In this document: positions 33,822 through 46,432 of the stretch, one piece after another
Position numbering within the stretch: position 1 is the stretch's first letter
Layout: every line of letters starts with the position of its first letter
From: Vezdaea acicularis
Lineage: Eukaryota
DNA: 64,000 nucleotides
Assembly: GCA_026025075.1 (NCBI GenBank)
Contig: JAPEUI010000019.1
Span: 1 to 64,000, forward strand
Direction of reading: 5' to 3'
Position numbers and translations under genes: made by a program
Notes under the pieces: model-generated
The model's input: only the letters and a program-made list of their open reading frames with translations
What the model was told of the DNA's origin: nothing
Databases searched by the model: none

Positions 33822-36800
33822 TCAATCCCGGACCTTCGACTGCTTCTTCGCAGTACCAATATGGGTATTGTGAACCTATCACGAGCATTAGCATTCCTAA
33901 TGCGGCCTCTCATTTTGAAGGCGGACTCACCTTCGTCGCGAACTTCAGACTTGTCAAAGTCTCGCTCAGATGCGCCTGCAGTGGACTGATCATGACGAAC
34001 ATGAGTGTCTTCGAATTACCACCGAGCGAGTATTGTAAAAGTTCTGTCAACTGCGGATTGTTGTCAGCTGTCTTCTTGGACTCAAAAGGGGAAGTCGACT
34101 AACCTTCGAATTGCGGTACGGTATGTGGCCCCCTTCCCTCCCCCGACCGAGGGCCCCAATAACATCGCCTAAACAGCTGAGACTCCGGTTGATGTTCTGC
34201 GTTTCCTTCAGTCGATCGCCTGTTGCCCCGGAATGGCTGAGCCTCTCGCTTCCAGCAAGATCGACGAGGTTCAAGGTGCCTTCACTGGACTCTCCAGTGA
34301 TGGCGTTATGCCCTTGAAGCTTGAGAATAAAGACGCTGTGGCTCCGCGAACTTCTCTCGTTAGCCTTCGTTGCTGCTACGCTGCGGTTCTTCGACGCCTT
34401 GCGAAGAATCTCGTGTACTTTGTCTGGTGAGTCGAGAGTCTTAGATTGCAGGCCAGTCACCCAAGTCTTACGGGTCTGTGGGTCATGGCGGATATCGAGT
34501 TTACCGTTGTCGAGGTCTCCTGCCTTACCAAGCAGGTCGTTCAGGTTCTCGTTGTAGACTTCTACAAATGACCCTTCCATCGTATAAGTCCAGCCTTTCT
34601 CTTCAAGCGAAACAGCCGTTTCATAGATTTGGTGTACGGCACGTGGGATCATTCCGTCTTCCGCGCTCATAGTATGGGTTTTGCCCGACCCAGTCTGACC
34701 ATAGCAGAAGATACAGACATTGTATCCATCCAGGGCGCTTTGTACCAGCTGGCTGATCTCCTCAAAGATCTCCTGATTCTCCGAATTTGGCCCAAATACA
34801 CGGTCGAATGAGAAAGGGTGCTTTTTAGTCGTGATAGTGCCAAGACTGCTCTTTTCCTCAGGCCCCTGCACTTCAACCTCTTTCGCATCAACTTCGTCGT
34901 TAGGGAAAGCTATAGTTGCAAGGCTGTTAGAAGAGTCAATTTCGAGAGGTGGGCGGACACGGCAAAAGACGCGAATATTTCCCTTCAGCTCCTGGACTTG
35001 GTTGTGAAGTTTACGTCGCAGGGTCTCTTCCTTTCGCAGCTTCTCCATTGCCTCTTTCGAGGCAGCGATCGCGTCTTGCATCCGCTGCTCAAGATCGGTA
35101 AAACTCTGCGCTTGGGCCGAACTGTCTGATTCCAGAAAGTCGATGCGAGCTCTGAGACCTCGAAGTTCCGACTTCAAGGTCACATTCTCCGTTGTCGACG
35201 CTGTCAGGTTCTCCTGAAGATTTTTTTGCAGGAGCTTTTCGCTATCGAAGGCTCCTTGGATTTTCTCGAGTTCAACTTTAAGATTATGCACCTCCTGGTC
35301 TTTTGAGTCCATGTACGTATCGGCCTTCCGTCTTTCGATCGAACCAAGGACTTCTGCCTCCTGAACTTCACGAACTCGACGACTTCGTTCATCTTCAAGT
35401 TCATTCTTTAGCCTCCGCTCGAGATCATAGAGTTCCTCATGGTGTAATTTTATGAGCCTGTCTACTTCGTCTCGTGCTTTGCGTTTCGCATTGTCCAGAT
35501 CGGCTAGATGCTGCCGTCGTTGCTCATCGGTCTGGCTTCTAAAATTGCGCCTCTCATCGTCACCTACTGTAGTCATCTTGGACAAACATTCCTTGGTGTT
35601 GCTGAGCTCTGCCGTCAGAGTCGCATTCTTGGCGGACAGTTGCGAACGAATCTCCTCCAATTCATGTATCTTTGCTTTGAAGAGGTTGATGGTTTCAGTC
35701 ATGCTATTGCGTTCATCCGCCGTGCCTGATACAGCTTTTTGTAATTCGTTATACATGTTTTCCATCTTGTCTAGTCTGGCTTGGGTGTTCCACTCTCTTC
35801 GTGGTTCTCTTTCATCTTCAAGGACAGTTGGAGCACCTGGAGTGTTGGAATCTCGAGTTAGATAATATACCTTCTTAGGTGATGAAAGAGACTTCGTGAC
35901 TTTCAAAGGAGTCATCGGAGAACATGGACTCTTCTTTTTGGAAGGAGTCTTTGGTAGGAAAAGATTGGAAGAGCCAGAAGGCGGCGAACCTTCTGCCTCT
36001 AAACTGAGCTTGTTCATTGCACTTGTCAAAGAGAAGTCCCGGGATGACCGAGGTCTTCTGCGTGATGTGCTAGAGCACCCGAACGCAGGAGAGCGCTCAA
36101 TCGCATCACAGAGCTCGTTCACATTGTATAATCCAACCGCGTTCAAATTTACAGAATTATGAAATTTCATACCCTTTCGTTTTCCGAGTGTAGATGTCGG
36201 GTTCGTGACACGGGTATCCATTGAGCTCGCCGGTCTTGAGGAGATCGTTGGTACGGGCATTGCCGATCGCACACTTCCGTATGAGGTCTGAGGACGTCGT
36301 AGAGACTGCGTCGATGGCGGGTGGACGCCTGGCCCAATACTACTCGCAAACGAACTTGTTGAAACATTGCGGGAATGATATGGAGGATTTCGAGTCGCAG
36401 ATACGGATGATGAGAAGGATGGGTTTCGAACTCCACTTAGGGCTGTCGCTCTCACGCTTGAGCTGAAAGGCCTTGAACTGGGTGGGGCTGGGAGCTTGAC
36501 TTGGGATACCTCGCCTGCACGTTCAGCCAAGGTTTTCCGCTTGGGGCCTGCGTCGGGGTCTGTGGGAGGTCAGTGATATACAATGAGATGATGAGAAGCA
36601 GCGTTCATACGTGCTAGAGGCTTGTATTTCAATCCGCCTGCTTCTGGTGGCGCCATCCCAGACATGGTTCGGGAATTTGTTGCTGAAGCTGAGATCTCAA
36701 CGAGTCCAATCCCTTTATTGGGAGAAGGAATTCTGCTAGGAATTTGCGAAGTCCTAATAAGCTGATGAGAGTATTAGCATGCGCTCACACCACCCCTCTG

Positions 36801-36843
36801 CATGCCTTTAGCTTACCGAAGTGTTCTCATTGTAGCTGTCCAT
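33822..36843 (-). CDS. KAR3: Kinesin-14 (Kar3/KlpA), C-terminal motor, multi-exon
   Basis: [46 protein letters not shown] and [19 protein letters not shown]. Start MDSYNENTS| at 36843. Confidence 0.95.
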
Positions 36844-37389
36844 CGTGGTGTCGTCCATCTTTGGTTCTTCCCCTAGTGGTAATGAGAGTACAGGATGAAT
36901 TGCTCAGTATATGTAGGCCTCTAGAATTTCCAAATGCTCTCGTAGTGAGACTGGGCGGTCTGAGGCATAGTCGTAAGTCCGCGGTTCGAGATCTGGCAAT
37001 TACGCTTCCTGAGCGTCGGCGACGTTAAAATGCTCGAGTGTTTTTCGGAGTGTAAACAATCAAGCGAGATGTCCGAGTGACGGCACGACCTCACCAGGGG
37101 GTCGCGTCCGCCGTAGGGTTCTAGGGATAGCGACACGAACCTGCGACGCCGAGTGACCTTCCCGTTTCCGGTCAGCAGTCTTTTTGACATGTGAACACCT
37201 TGTCGTGCGACGAGTATCCTGGCCCAGGTTCAATCCCATCACATCAGCATCGTTATACAGCCAGTACAACTAGGGCGGGCACCCTCAACTCTCCTACCAT
37301 ACATATACGTATGGAAGTGATCACATTAAACGTCTAGTTCTGCATTCCTCTTTCGCTCTCTAACCATTTCCCCACAACCGCCTATGGTC

Positions 37390-38537
37390 ATGGAGAAGTA
37401 TTCGCAATTCAGAGACCGGGGTGAGGCCTTAACTCACAAAAGTACTTTTTGAGAGAAAACTAGTTCTGACCGGTCATGCACAGGCTCTGGTATCGCACCT
37501 TTCTTCCCTGTGCCTTCACAGTCTTCCGGGGTTTATCTACCACTCGTGTCACTCCTCTTCCTTGTGCGATTTCCTGTCTTCTTTGGCGTGACCGTCAGTT
37601 ATTTTCTCGTTTTACAATGGCTACCGTTTGGCTCGTTAGCGAAGAAAGCTATGCTATGGTTGATACTGGGCATTCCGGGCATCTGGTGGATAGACCTCCA
37701 AATTGACGGAGTACGAAGAGGGTATGTGCTCTTCTGGCTTAAGGCTGCTCTCAGGTGCTGACCTTACAATCTTAAAGTCAATTAGCTAGGCAACAAAAGA
37801 CTCGCCTCCCACAACCATCGGATATCATAGCTTCATCTTTCACATCACCAATCGACTCTCTTTACCTAGCCGCGATATTCGACCCAATATTTACGGCATC
37901 GTATCCTCATACTCGACAGGTGGAGCGGATTTCGCTGTTGAGCGCCATCCTCCGTGCGCTTTGGGAACCACAAGAATCCCCTGCGCAGGGCGCCCGGCTT
38001 ACGGATCTGCGCACTTTGGTGAAAGACCATCCTAATCGGATCATTGCCGTCTTTCCAGAGTGTACGACGACTAATGGTAGAGGGATTCTACAATTCAGCC
38101 CAAGTCTTCTGGCAGCACCGAGTTCGACAAAGATCTTCCCTGTAAGCCTGAGGTATACTCCTGGAGACGTCACGACTCCAGTCCCTGGTGCATACTGGAA
38201 GTTTCTGTGGAATCTCCTCTCGCGCCACACCCACTGCATTCGTGTGAGAATAGCCGAGAGCGTTCATATAACATCCGCCCCGAAGCTCGATGTCGTCAAC
38301 TCCTATCACACCAACTTTCTCGACTCGTTGCAGTCGGAAGATTCAGCCATGTCGAGCAGCACCGACACGTTGACTAGTCAAATCGAGCAGAACACTTCGC
38401 AGACTGCTGACGACCGAGTGTTGCTTGAGAAGATTGGGGATGCTCTAGCTAGACTAGGTAGGGTCCGGCGAGTGGGTCTCGACGTGAAGGACAAGATTGC
38501 CTTCGTCGAGGCTTGGGTTAGACATCGACGCTGGTAG
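37390..38537 (+). CDS. LOA1: Lysophosphatidic acid:oleoyl-CoA acyltransferase (Loa1/Vps66), 3 exons
   Basis: MEKYSQFRDRG|SGIAPFLP, SFTSPIDSLYLAAIFDPIF and VFPECTTTNGRGIL. Confidence 0.88.
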
Positions 38538-40083
38538 ACAGTATGTAACTTAACGACTAACGGTAGTAATGAGGATCATATGGCTGCGAGCGGGCATTCC
38601 GGATTGAGACGACATTGTTCTTAGCTGGTTCTTCTACGACAGGATCGAATGCATGAGCATTTGTCGTTGCTCTTTGAAATAGAAGAGGAAGAGATGTCAA
38701 GTTGCTCTTGATGGTTCCCAAACAGCGCAGGAGGGCATTTGAACAGACAGCTGTTCGTCCGATAAAAGCGACGGACCGCAAAATGACTGCCAACAGGATG
38801 GAATCATCGCCCAACTCTCTGGCCTTTGTAAACTATTGCATCATCGCTGCCATCAGCGAGACGGCACAATGAGCCTTGATGTGGGATTGACGCTGCAATG
38901 CCTAGCAAAAACCTGATGTGAGAACAGATCAGGCTTAGGTGGTGCGGTGTTAGGCGTTGGCAGCCTATCAGCAAACCCCGGTTGAATTGACCCTAATCGA
39001 AGAAGTAAACCATATGCAAGACAATAAGTTGCAACTAATGCTTCGAACGATGCTCAGAGTGAGGGTGTAACCGCAAAATTTTGACTTCATATCGATGAAT
39101 GATCTAAATAATCAACAAAGTCAAGAGATACTAGCGCAGCGATCAGATCTGAGACGGTTGTCGACCCAATAGCCACGGTGCTTCTCACTCAAGCGACACA
39201 TTGGTTGGAGGCTTGTGGGACTTTGGCCCATGTCTAGAAAGTGCCAGACGTAGAGGCGCAAGGGTATTGACCGGCCCGCTCTCCTTCAACTAAGACGAAG
39301 CATACGGCCACCATGTAGAGCTTCGTACCTGCCTTGTGCAAGCATTCGTTATTGTCGTTGTCAATATAATCTATCATTTCTGCTCTGTGCATTGTCCCTG
39401 CTTGTGACGTCTTACCCACATCTCGTGTCTTTTGGAGGGGTTTCCCTACCACCAATCAGCACCAACCATCCCACCACATCTCACCAGTCCATCCCTGAGA
39501 TAGGCCTGTTGTCCATGAGTATCGTATACCTTCTCCCTTGAAGGACGATACCTGGGAATCGGGGGTCGTCGCTGCAACAGAATGCTTACTAGGGCATGTC
39601 GTTGAACAAGATCGATTCTGTCCAGGTCTTTCACAGGCCTGTAATGGGCTAATTTGGCCCCTTTCTTGCCACGAACACATGTACGCGGTTTCAAGTTTTG
39701 CTTGAGCATATGATCTGATGATCTGAAAGATCACGATTCAAATGAGAATCCGCGTTGACTGAAGGAAAGACAATGGATCACGATACCATTCAGTGGTAGC
39801 CCTGCATCTGAAGGAGCCAAGGTTCCTTTCATTGCTGTGGCATGGCAGAAGGAGCAGCACGGTCCGATTGGATGTTATATCGGAGTGGAAGCCTACAGGG
39901 GCGTTATGCGCCAGACGTTCTGGCTATTTTCGCTAAAGTTCCAGGCAGCGGGCCCCCAAGCGCTTCCGAGGGCACTCCCGCATTCCTCCCACTCCGTCCC
40001 CACCCTGAGGACAGGTCCACTAAGGACTGAGAGCGCGCATGCGTGCTCTTTAATAAGGAGATAGCGTCCCGCTGTCCCTAATC

Positions 40084-42296
40084 ATGAGCGATCCCATTGC
40101 CTCTCATCAACATCGCCGCGAATGGGAGGGCAACACAGGAAATTCGAGTATGGCGTCACCTTTTCATCTTGAATTCCATATTGCACTGTCGTCGTTAAGA
40201 TGGAGTACTGACCTCTTCAAAACATAGAGACTACTGCATTCGACGGTCAAAGCCCAGACCCAGGTGTATCCCTGGCACCAAAGTCGACGAGTCCTACGTC
40301 CAACGAGCTTCCTCCTCCGACTTCACAGCATGGCGAGCTTCAATATGCTGGAGACCTCAACAATGCTGCCTTTGCTCATAACTCCGTAGTACACACTCGT
40401 CAAGGCAGTCGGTCAAGCAACGGCTTGCGACTCCAGACGGATTTGGACCGGGAGATCCCAACGCGTGTTGCCGCTGTGAACACATCGACGACTAGTGTTG
40501 GATCTGACAGTTTACATACCGATTCCATTGGAACACTTAGTGCTCGACCACCAAGCATCAGAAGTAACCTAACAACCTGGCATCCTGGTATAGCCTCAGT
40601 CACAGCATCTGCGCTCTCGTCGCCAGCTCTGGCGCCTCTTGCCGATATTACACCCTTACCTTCTCCTATAGCATTAGACTCCTCACTTTCATTAAGAAGA
40701 ATGACGTCTCAATCGAGCTCACGGCCTAGCTCCCGTGGCTCCGACAAGATGTCGCCTACCTCGGCGCTGGTAACAGTCAATGGGGAGACCATTACGTCCG
40801 CCATGATGTACCAGCACCAACGCCAGAAGTATGGAAGTCTTGGGGGTGGTTCCTCCCTTGAGGGGAAGATACCATCAATACAATTGAACCAAGAAAACAT
40901 CATAGCACATTCGAAGAGTCGCAGTATTAGCGAATACGTGCCGCAGCCTATTTCTTTGCCAAAGCAGCGGAATGTCGTCGTCTCCGGCTCGGGGGCACCT
41001 TCAGAATCCCTTCAATTGCGCCGTGAAGAACACCTTGCAGACCAAAGAGGACTTTGTTCTCCTACGCCCCAACTCCCAACCCCTCCGCCTAGCTCGGTAG
41101 GACGTACCGATTCATTGGGCTCCATGAGAGAGGAAGATAGGGTGCGCCTATCGAAAATACCCCGCTACTTCGAAGCTCGTGGCGTGAAGGACAACAAGCG
41201 GCGGCGTTGGCGAGCAGTGAAAATACTCGGCGAAGGAACATTCAGCAAGGTTTACCTCGCCACATCCCAAGAATCATGGGTCGATTCGTCCCTAGACGAA
41301 GCCTTAAATGACACCTCCGAAGGCCACATCCCTCTGCAAGCCGACTTCGATATCAAAAAAGCCGTCGCCGTGAAGGTCGCCCAACACGGCGAAGCCGGCG
41401 GCGTAGATGAATCAAAAGTCCGCAACGGCCTCAAGCGCGAACTGGAATTTCTTAAGACGGTCCAACACCCTTCTGTTGTGCACCTAAAAGCATTTCGCGT
41501 AGAAGAAGACTGCCATATATTTGTTATGAGCCTCTGCGCCGGCGGCGACCTCTTCGAGCTCGCGAGCCAGAAACAAGATCTCCTTTCTCCATCTCTCATT
41601 CGCCGCATTTTCTCTGAGCTGGTCTCTGCTACCCGGTATTTGCATAAAGAACTCATAATTCATCGCGACATAAAGCTAGAGAGTAAGGGTCTCCCCACTC
41701 GAAACTCGGCGTCCCCCAACCCCACTAACATATCTGAACAACCAGACGTCCTAGTAAACATCCCTGCTCCCCAACTCGCCCTCGTTCCCTCCTGGCAAAG
41801 CTACCCGTATTCTGTCATTACGCTGACAGACCTTGGCCTCTCCAAACGCATCGACCCCGCCTCCCCCCTCGACGCCACCCGGTGCGGTAGCGAAGAATAC
41901 TGCGCCCCCGAGATAATCATGGGCCAGGCCTACGACGGGCGTAGCACAGACGCATGGGCGCTCGGGGTTCTACTCTTCGCAATGCTAGAGAACCGCCTCC
42001 CCTTCGACCCCATGCCCGGGCTCGACGAGAACGAATACAATAGTCAGCTGGCACGCACAAAGCATCGTATCGCCAGGATCGAGTACGTATGGGTCCGCTA
42101 CGGCGATGGGGATGGCGAGCCTCTAGAGGATTTCGGGGAGTTGCAGGGGGCAAGGGAGGCGGTGCTGGCGCTGCTGAGGAGGGCGAGGACCAGGGCTAGC
42201 CTCGATAAACTCATGGATATGGACTGGGTTAGGGGTGGGGTCGATGTGCCTGGTGGTTTGAAGTTCAAAGAGGAGCAGGATCCGCACGAGCTTTAA
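40084..42296 (+). CDS. Ser/Thr protein kinase (Prr1-like, long Ser/Pro-rich N-terminus); introns 40148-40227 and 41683-41745
   Basis: LGEGTFSKV, VAVK, spliced HRDIKLENVL, DLG (DFG variant), CGSEEYCAPE and DAWALGVLL. Subfamily assignment is tentative. Confidence 0.88.
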
Positions 42297-43650
42297 CTAG
42301 GGACCCCCACTCCGCGCTGGATCGATACAACATCATCTTCGTAAAACTGTGTTATTAGCGGTTCATCTAGACATATGGTCACTAGGAATCATCTGCGGCG
42401 CTCGTTTTTCCTCTTTTTTTTCTTGTTGTCGTCTACTTACATACTCGGATCAAACTCATTAGAGAGGCGGATAGAGACGGTTTTTCTTGGTTCATGGAAG
42501 AGGATATGGGTCCACTTTGGCATAGCTATAGCCCAAAAAGGAGTTCCTTGAAACCTTCCTAAAAGTGTAGAACGGCGCCTCTGGTTCAGGGGAGGGGAGG
42601 TGGGGATAAAATTAACTTAGTTTCCAGTGGTTTAGCATAGCTCCGGATTCAATGCAAACCGTGAACTACGGGCTACTGCCAGTGTGCCTTTAGTATGGCT
42701 TTTTGTTATTATAACGATTGTTTGGTTTAGTATGCGACGGGGCACTTCCTTGAAACAAAGAGTCATTTAGTCCCATTTCCTCTCCTTTCTCACATTGCAT
42801 CAAAACCGTTGTTTGCACGGATACGCAAGCGAGGCTAACCCCCATCCTGATCTAGCAACTAACTTCAAAGCCTATTCAATACTCCAACCCCTGAACCCCA
42901 CCCCCAATATTTCTAGCATTTATATGTCAGTCTAAGGAGACGTGTTCCAGCATTTAACCGCTCTGGATCTGTTGACCTCAGCATCGATGATTTAACTCAG
43001 GGGAGCCATCTCTCAAGCACTTTATAGTCTCCAAATCCAGAACCACGCTCATTTCTACATCCGAGACGGGGGTGTGGCAGGTAGCAACCAGTCACTGGGG
43101 CACGGGGGTGGGTGGCTTTGACAAGCGTTGCATGTAAGTATATCTGAAGCCATCAAAATCTATCTCATCTTTCTGAGGAATGGAGAACAATGAATTCTAT
43201 GTCTTTTACTGCTGCTCTGAAAAGGTTGACGTTCCATTGTTCAGCGCTCCACTAGAGTAGCATAGGAGATTTTATCACTCTGTCTGCGTGTTGTCTCATA
43301 GGCTTAGTGGATCAGTAAAGTACACGAGTTGAGACCGAATACTCTATGTTCAGTGAATGATTCGTGGCTCTGAACAACAACATTTGACTTACTTCTGTGA
43401 AGGTACAAAACCACATTGTTCTAGGAATGGGAGAACTAGCCGAGGAAGTCTTGTCCATGTACTGAACGTGGCTCGGACGTAGAAAAGAGGTTCCAAAACA
43501 ATCGAGGGTCAAGGACTCCAGATACGTATAAGTAGACTGCTGTTTTCTAGAGTATTAGTCTCTTCAAATCGACTGTTCACAAAACTCTCATAATATAAGC
43601 TACAAACCTTACACCAAAACCTTACCCTACCGCAATTTTTCTGCTAAGAA

Positions 43651-44178
43651 ATGTCCAACAGATCCGATAAAATGACCGAGAACAAGCGCAAAGCGTGGGA
43701 TGCCTTAATGACAGCTCCATATAGCTGGATCGATCTATCCCTCAAAGTTGACACGCCTGAGAGACGTGCGCAAAGGGACGAAATCGTTGAAGACTACCTT
43801 TCAGCGCTCGAAGATTCTGCCAGAGAGTTGCGAGAATATATCGCCAACCTGAATGACCGCGTAAAAAGTCTTGGACTGGTGGATGGTGAGGATAGTGAGA
43901 CCGAGCCCGAGGTTGTGCCTGAGGTGAGTACTCTGCTGGCTACTAACGAGGACAGGTCTGACCAATCCGACGATGATTGGGAAGCAGAACTGGTGGAGGC
44001 TTATCGCCTTGGAATGTGGAGTCAAACTTCAGAGCATTGCTCGGACCAAAATTCGGTTCAAGCTCTTGAAGAAAGCTTCGATAACCATCCTGGTTCTGAC
44101 AATGATTGGGAAGTAGACCTGTTGGAGGAATATCACTTCGGAATATGGACCCAAGGCCCAGAGGATTCCTTCGACTAA
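43651..44178 (+). CDS. Acidic orphan protein with a 43-aa internal repeat; possibly truncated by a premature stop
   Basis: 175-codon ATG ORF with TATAAG upstream. A 129-nt repeat runs on past the TAA. Confidence 0.55.
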   Translation: MSNRSDKMTENKRKAWDALMTAPYSWIDLSLKVDTPERRAQRDEIVEDYLSALEDSARELREYIANLNDRVKSLGLVDGEDSETEPEVVPEVSTLLATNEDRSDQSDDDWEAELVEAYRLGMWSQTSEHCSDQNSVQALEESFDNHPGSDNDWEVDLLEEYHFGIWTQGPEDSFD

Positions 44179-45365
44179 GATTCGACTCAAGCTCTTGAAG
44201 AAATCTTCGAGGATTATCTTGCTTCTAACGACGAACCTTCACAAGCATTTTAAGCCGCCATCCGGGTGCTGCGTAGAAAAGGCACTGATCAAGATATGCT
44301 GGGAGAATATGAAAAGGCTCATGCATCGTCGTCAGCGAAGATGCCGTAGTGGATATTGATTGAATAAGCTGCCGCGCAGAAATTGACTCCATCAGCGTTG
44401 CATTGGGATAGTCTAGGGCTAACTTCGGGCTAGGAAGTTTTGCTCGAACCAAAATCAGAATGAAAGAAAGATTTCTCCAAAAACAATGCGTGAAAGACTT
44501 GGTCCCAATTGAGATAACAAAGGCGCAGTAGCATCAGAGTGAAATCCGAGTAGGATTTAAGAACAGATTCAAGTAGAAGATATCAATAGAGTGAAATTTA
44601 TCTCGGGTCAATGATGCCACTCCATATTGCGGATGATGATAAAGCAACAGCTGGGTGCCTATCTGTCGTGCAGCCATAGGACCCCAGTCACACCCGATTT
44701 CGGACCAGACGCAGCTGACGAGCATTTTAGAGCTTCTAAAAAACCCTTACAGACCGGTCTATGGCGGCTTTCGGAGAGAAATGGAGCACGGCCTACTCTT
44801 CCTAATCTTCCATTAGACCAAGGACGCTGCCAGTCATAAGGCACTAATGAAGTATTTGCTGTATGTATCCTTTAGGCTATCAGACCAGTGGCTTATTTCA
44901 AGAAACTAAAGTTCCGAGTTACCCTACAGCCAGTGCCGTGAATTTTGGCCGACATATTAGGACTGTACATAAACTCTTGGGTTGCATTCTCTGTGAGATG
45001 ACAGGGGTTTCGGTGCAAGCGGTAGATCTTCGGCCAGCTGCCTTCGCGTGATTCGCCGCGGAAGCAACCTTGCTACTCTTATTCTGCACCGGCAAACTAT
45101 AAAGCAACACTCTGAAGAGACCTCATTCCACCAGCCTGTCTAGACAACGCCATGTAGTAACGAAAATGATTGACTCCCCATGAGAAAAGACTTGGCTCTC
45201 CGACTGCATCTGGATAGTGGGCTTCGTTGCCAAACGTGTACTTAACCTCACCCTTCTCCCTTGAAAGAATAGAGGGCCTTCTCCGGTAACGCATCTCCTC
45301 CGTCACTTTTCAGCTTCAGCGCAAACGAAATCTCACACTCATTTCCACTTCTGCTTCCGACCATA

Positions 45366-46104
45366 ATGCCTCAGCAATCTACAATCCCTCCTCCCCTTCC
45401 CCCCTCCGTCGAAGCAGCCTACAAGCGCAAATGTCTCGACCTCCGCAAACGACTAAATGAAGTATCCACACTCAACAACTCCCTACGTACGCGCAAAGCG
45501 CGGCTGCAGCGTGGCGTATTCAAACTCCGTCTCGAGCGCGCATTTCTGCTTGATCAATTAGGGAAGCGCACGGATTTGCAGATCGAGGGTGAGGAGAGCG
45601 AGGGTAGTGAACGGGGGCCGCCTACAGTGAGTCCAGATATCATAAGAGCTCTTTCATTGAAGGCTGGGACTGGAGCCAGGTTTATGAACTGAGGGTTAAT
45701 GGTGGTCGTGCACATAGCCAAAAGAAAAGCCGCTCAGGATAAAACGTGGGCATCGTCGTCCCTCCCTCCTGGCTACGATTCGAGATCCGGCTGCATCAAG
45801 CGCTGCCGCTGAGTTGGGGCTTGGACATGAAGACTTACTGAGTGATCGAGCAAGAGAAAAGGTGCTTGGTGCAGGCGCTAGGTCTGTGTCTGGGGGTGCA
45901 GATGGGCCAGCGTCGAGTTTTGGGGGGCTGGACGGGGGCGCTTCGGATTTAGGAGTCAGGGAGAACGGGCATGCGGGTGAAAGCATGCTAGAGGGCGAGG
46001 AAGACGGAGTTGAAGGTGATGATGGGGACGTAGATATGGGTGAGGAAGGAGAGGGAGAGGGCGAGGGCGACCTAGAGGGGGATGGGGATGTGAGTGAGCC
46101 ATAG
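45366..46104 (+). CDS. Nhp10-like INO80-complex-associated protein (intron 45627-45717), no HMG box visible
   Basis: PPLPPSVEAAYKRKC...KLRLERAFLLDQL...PPT|PKEKPLRIKRGHRRPS resembles the N-terminal part of filamentous-fungal Nhp10-type proteins (recognised from memory). Confidence 0.65.
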
Positions 46105-46432
46105 GGCGGGGTATGATCTAGGTTATAGTGGTCCCTACTTTTGTTTGGTATGCAAGGCGCTCTAGTAAGCAATTGTCGAAGCAATCAATAGGACCTGAAA
46201 TCTATGTTTGTTTCTACCGACTGCTGTAGAGGCTGCGTTGGCCAGATGAGTCTATCTACAGCTCTATGCACCCTAAGCTTTCCGTCTAGAACCTTGGACG
46301 CCAGCATAGAAGTTCTCCTGAATGGCTTGTAAACATGAATAGATTCTATAAGGCAAATCCACTACTTGCTTCATACGCTGTAAAAGTGAACAAATGTGCA
46401 GAAAAATAAGTCCTTCACTGTTAGTACAGGAT

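Noticed and set aside
41683..41745. 21-aa insertion in the kinase catalytic loop shown by the ORF track (and 17 aa in the lipase, 32386-32436)
   Set aside because: These are ordinary short introns that happen to be in frame and stop-free.
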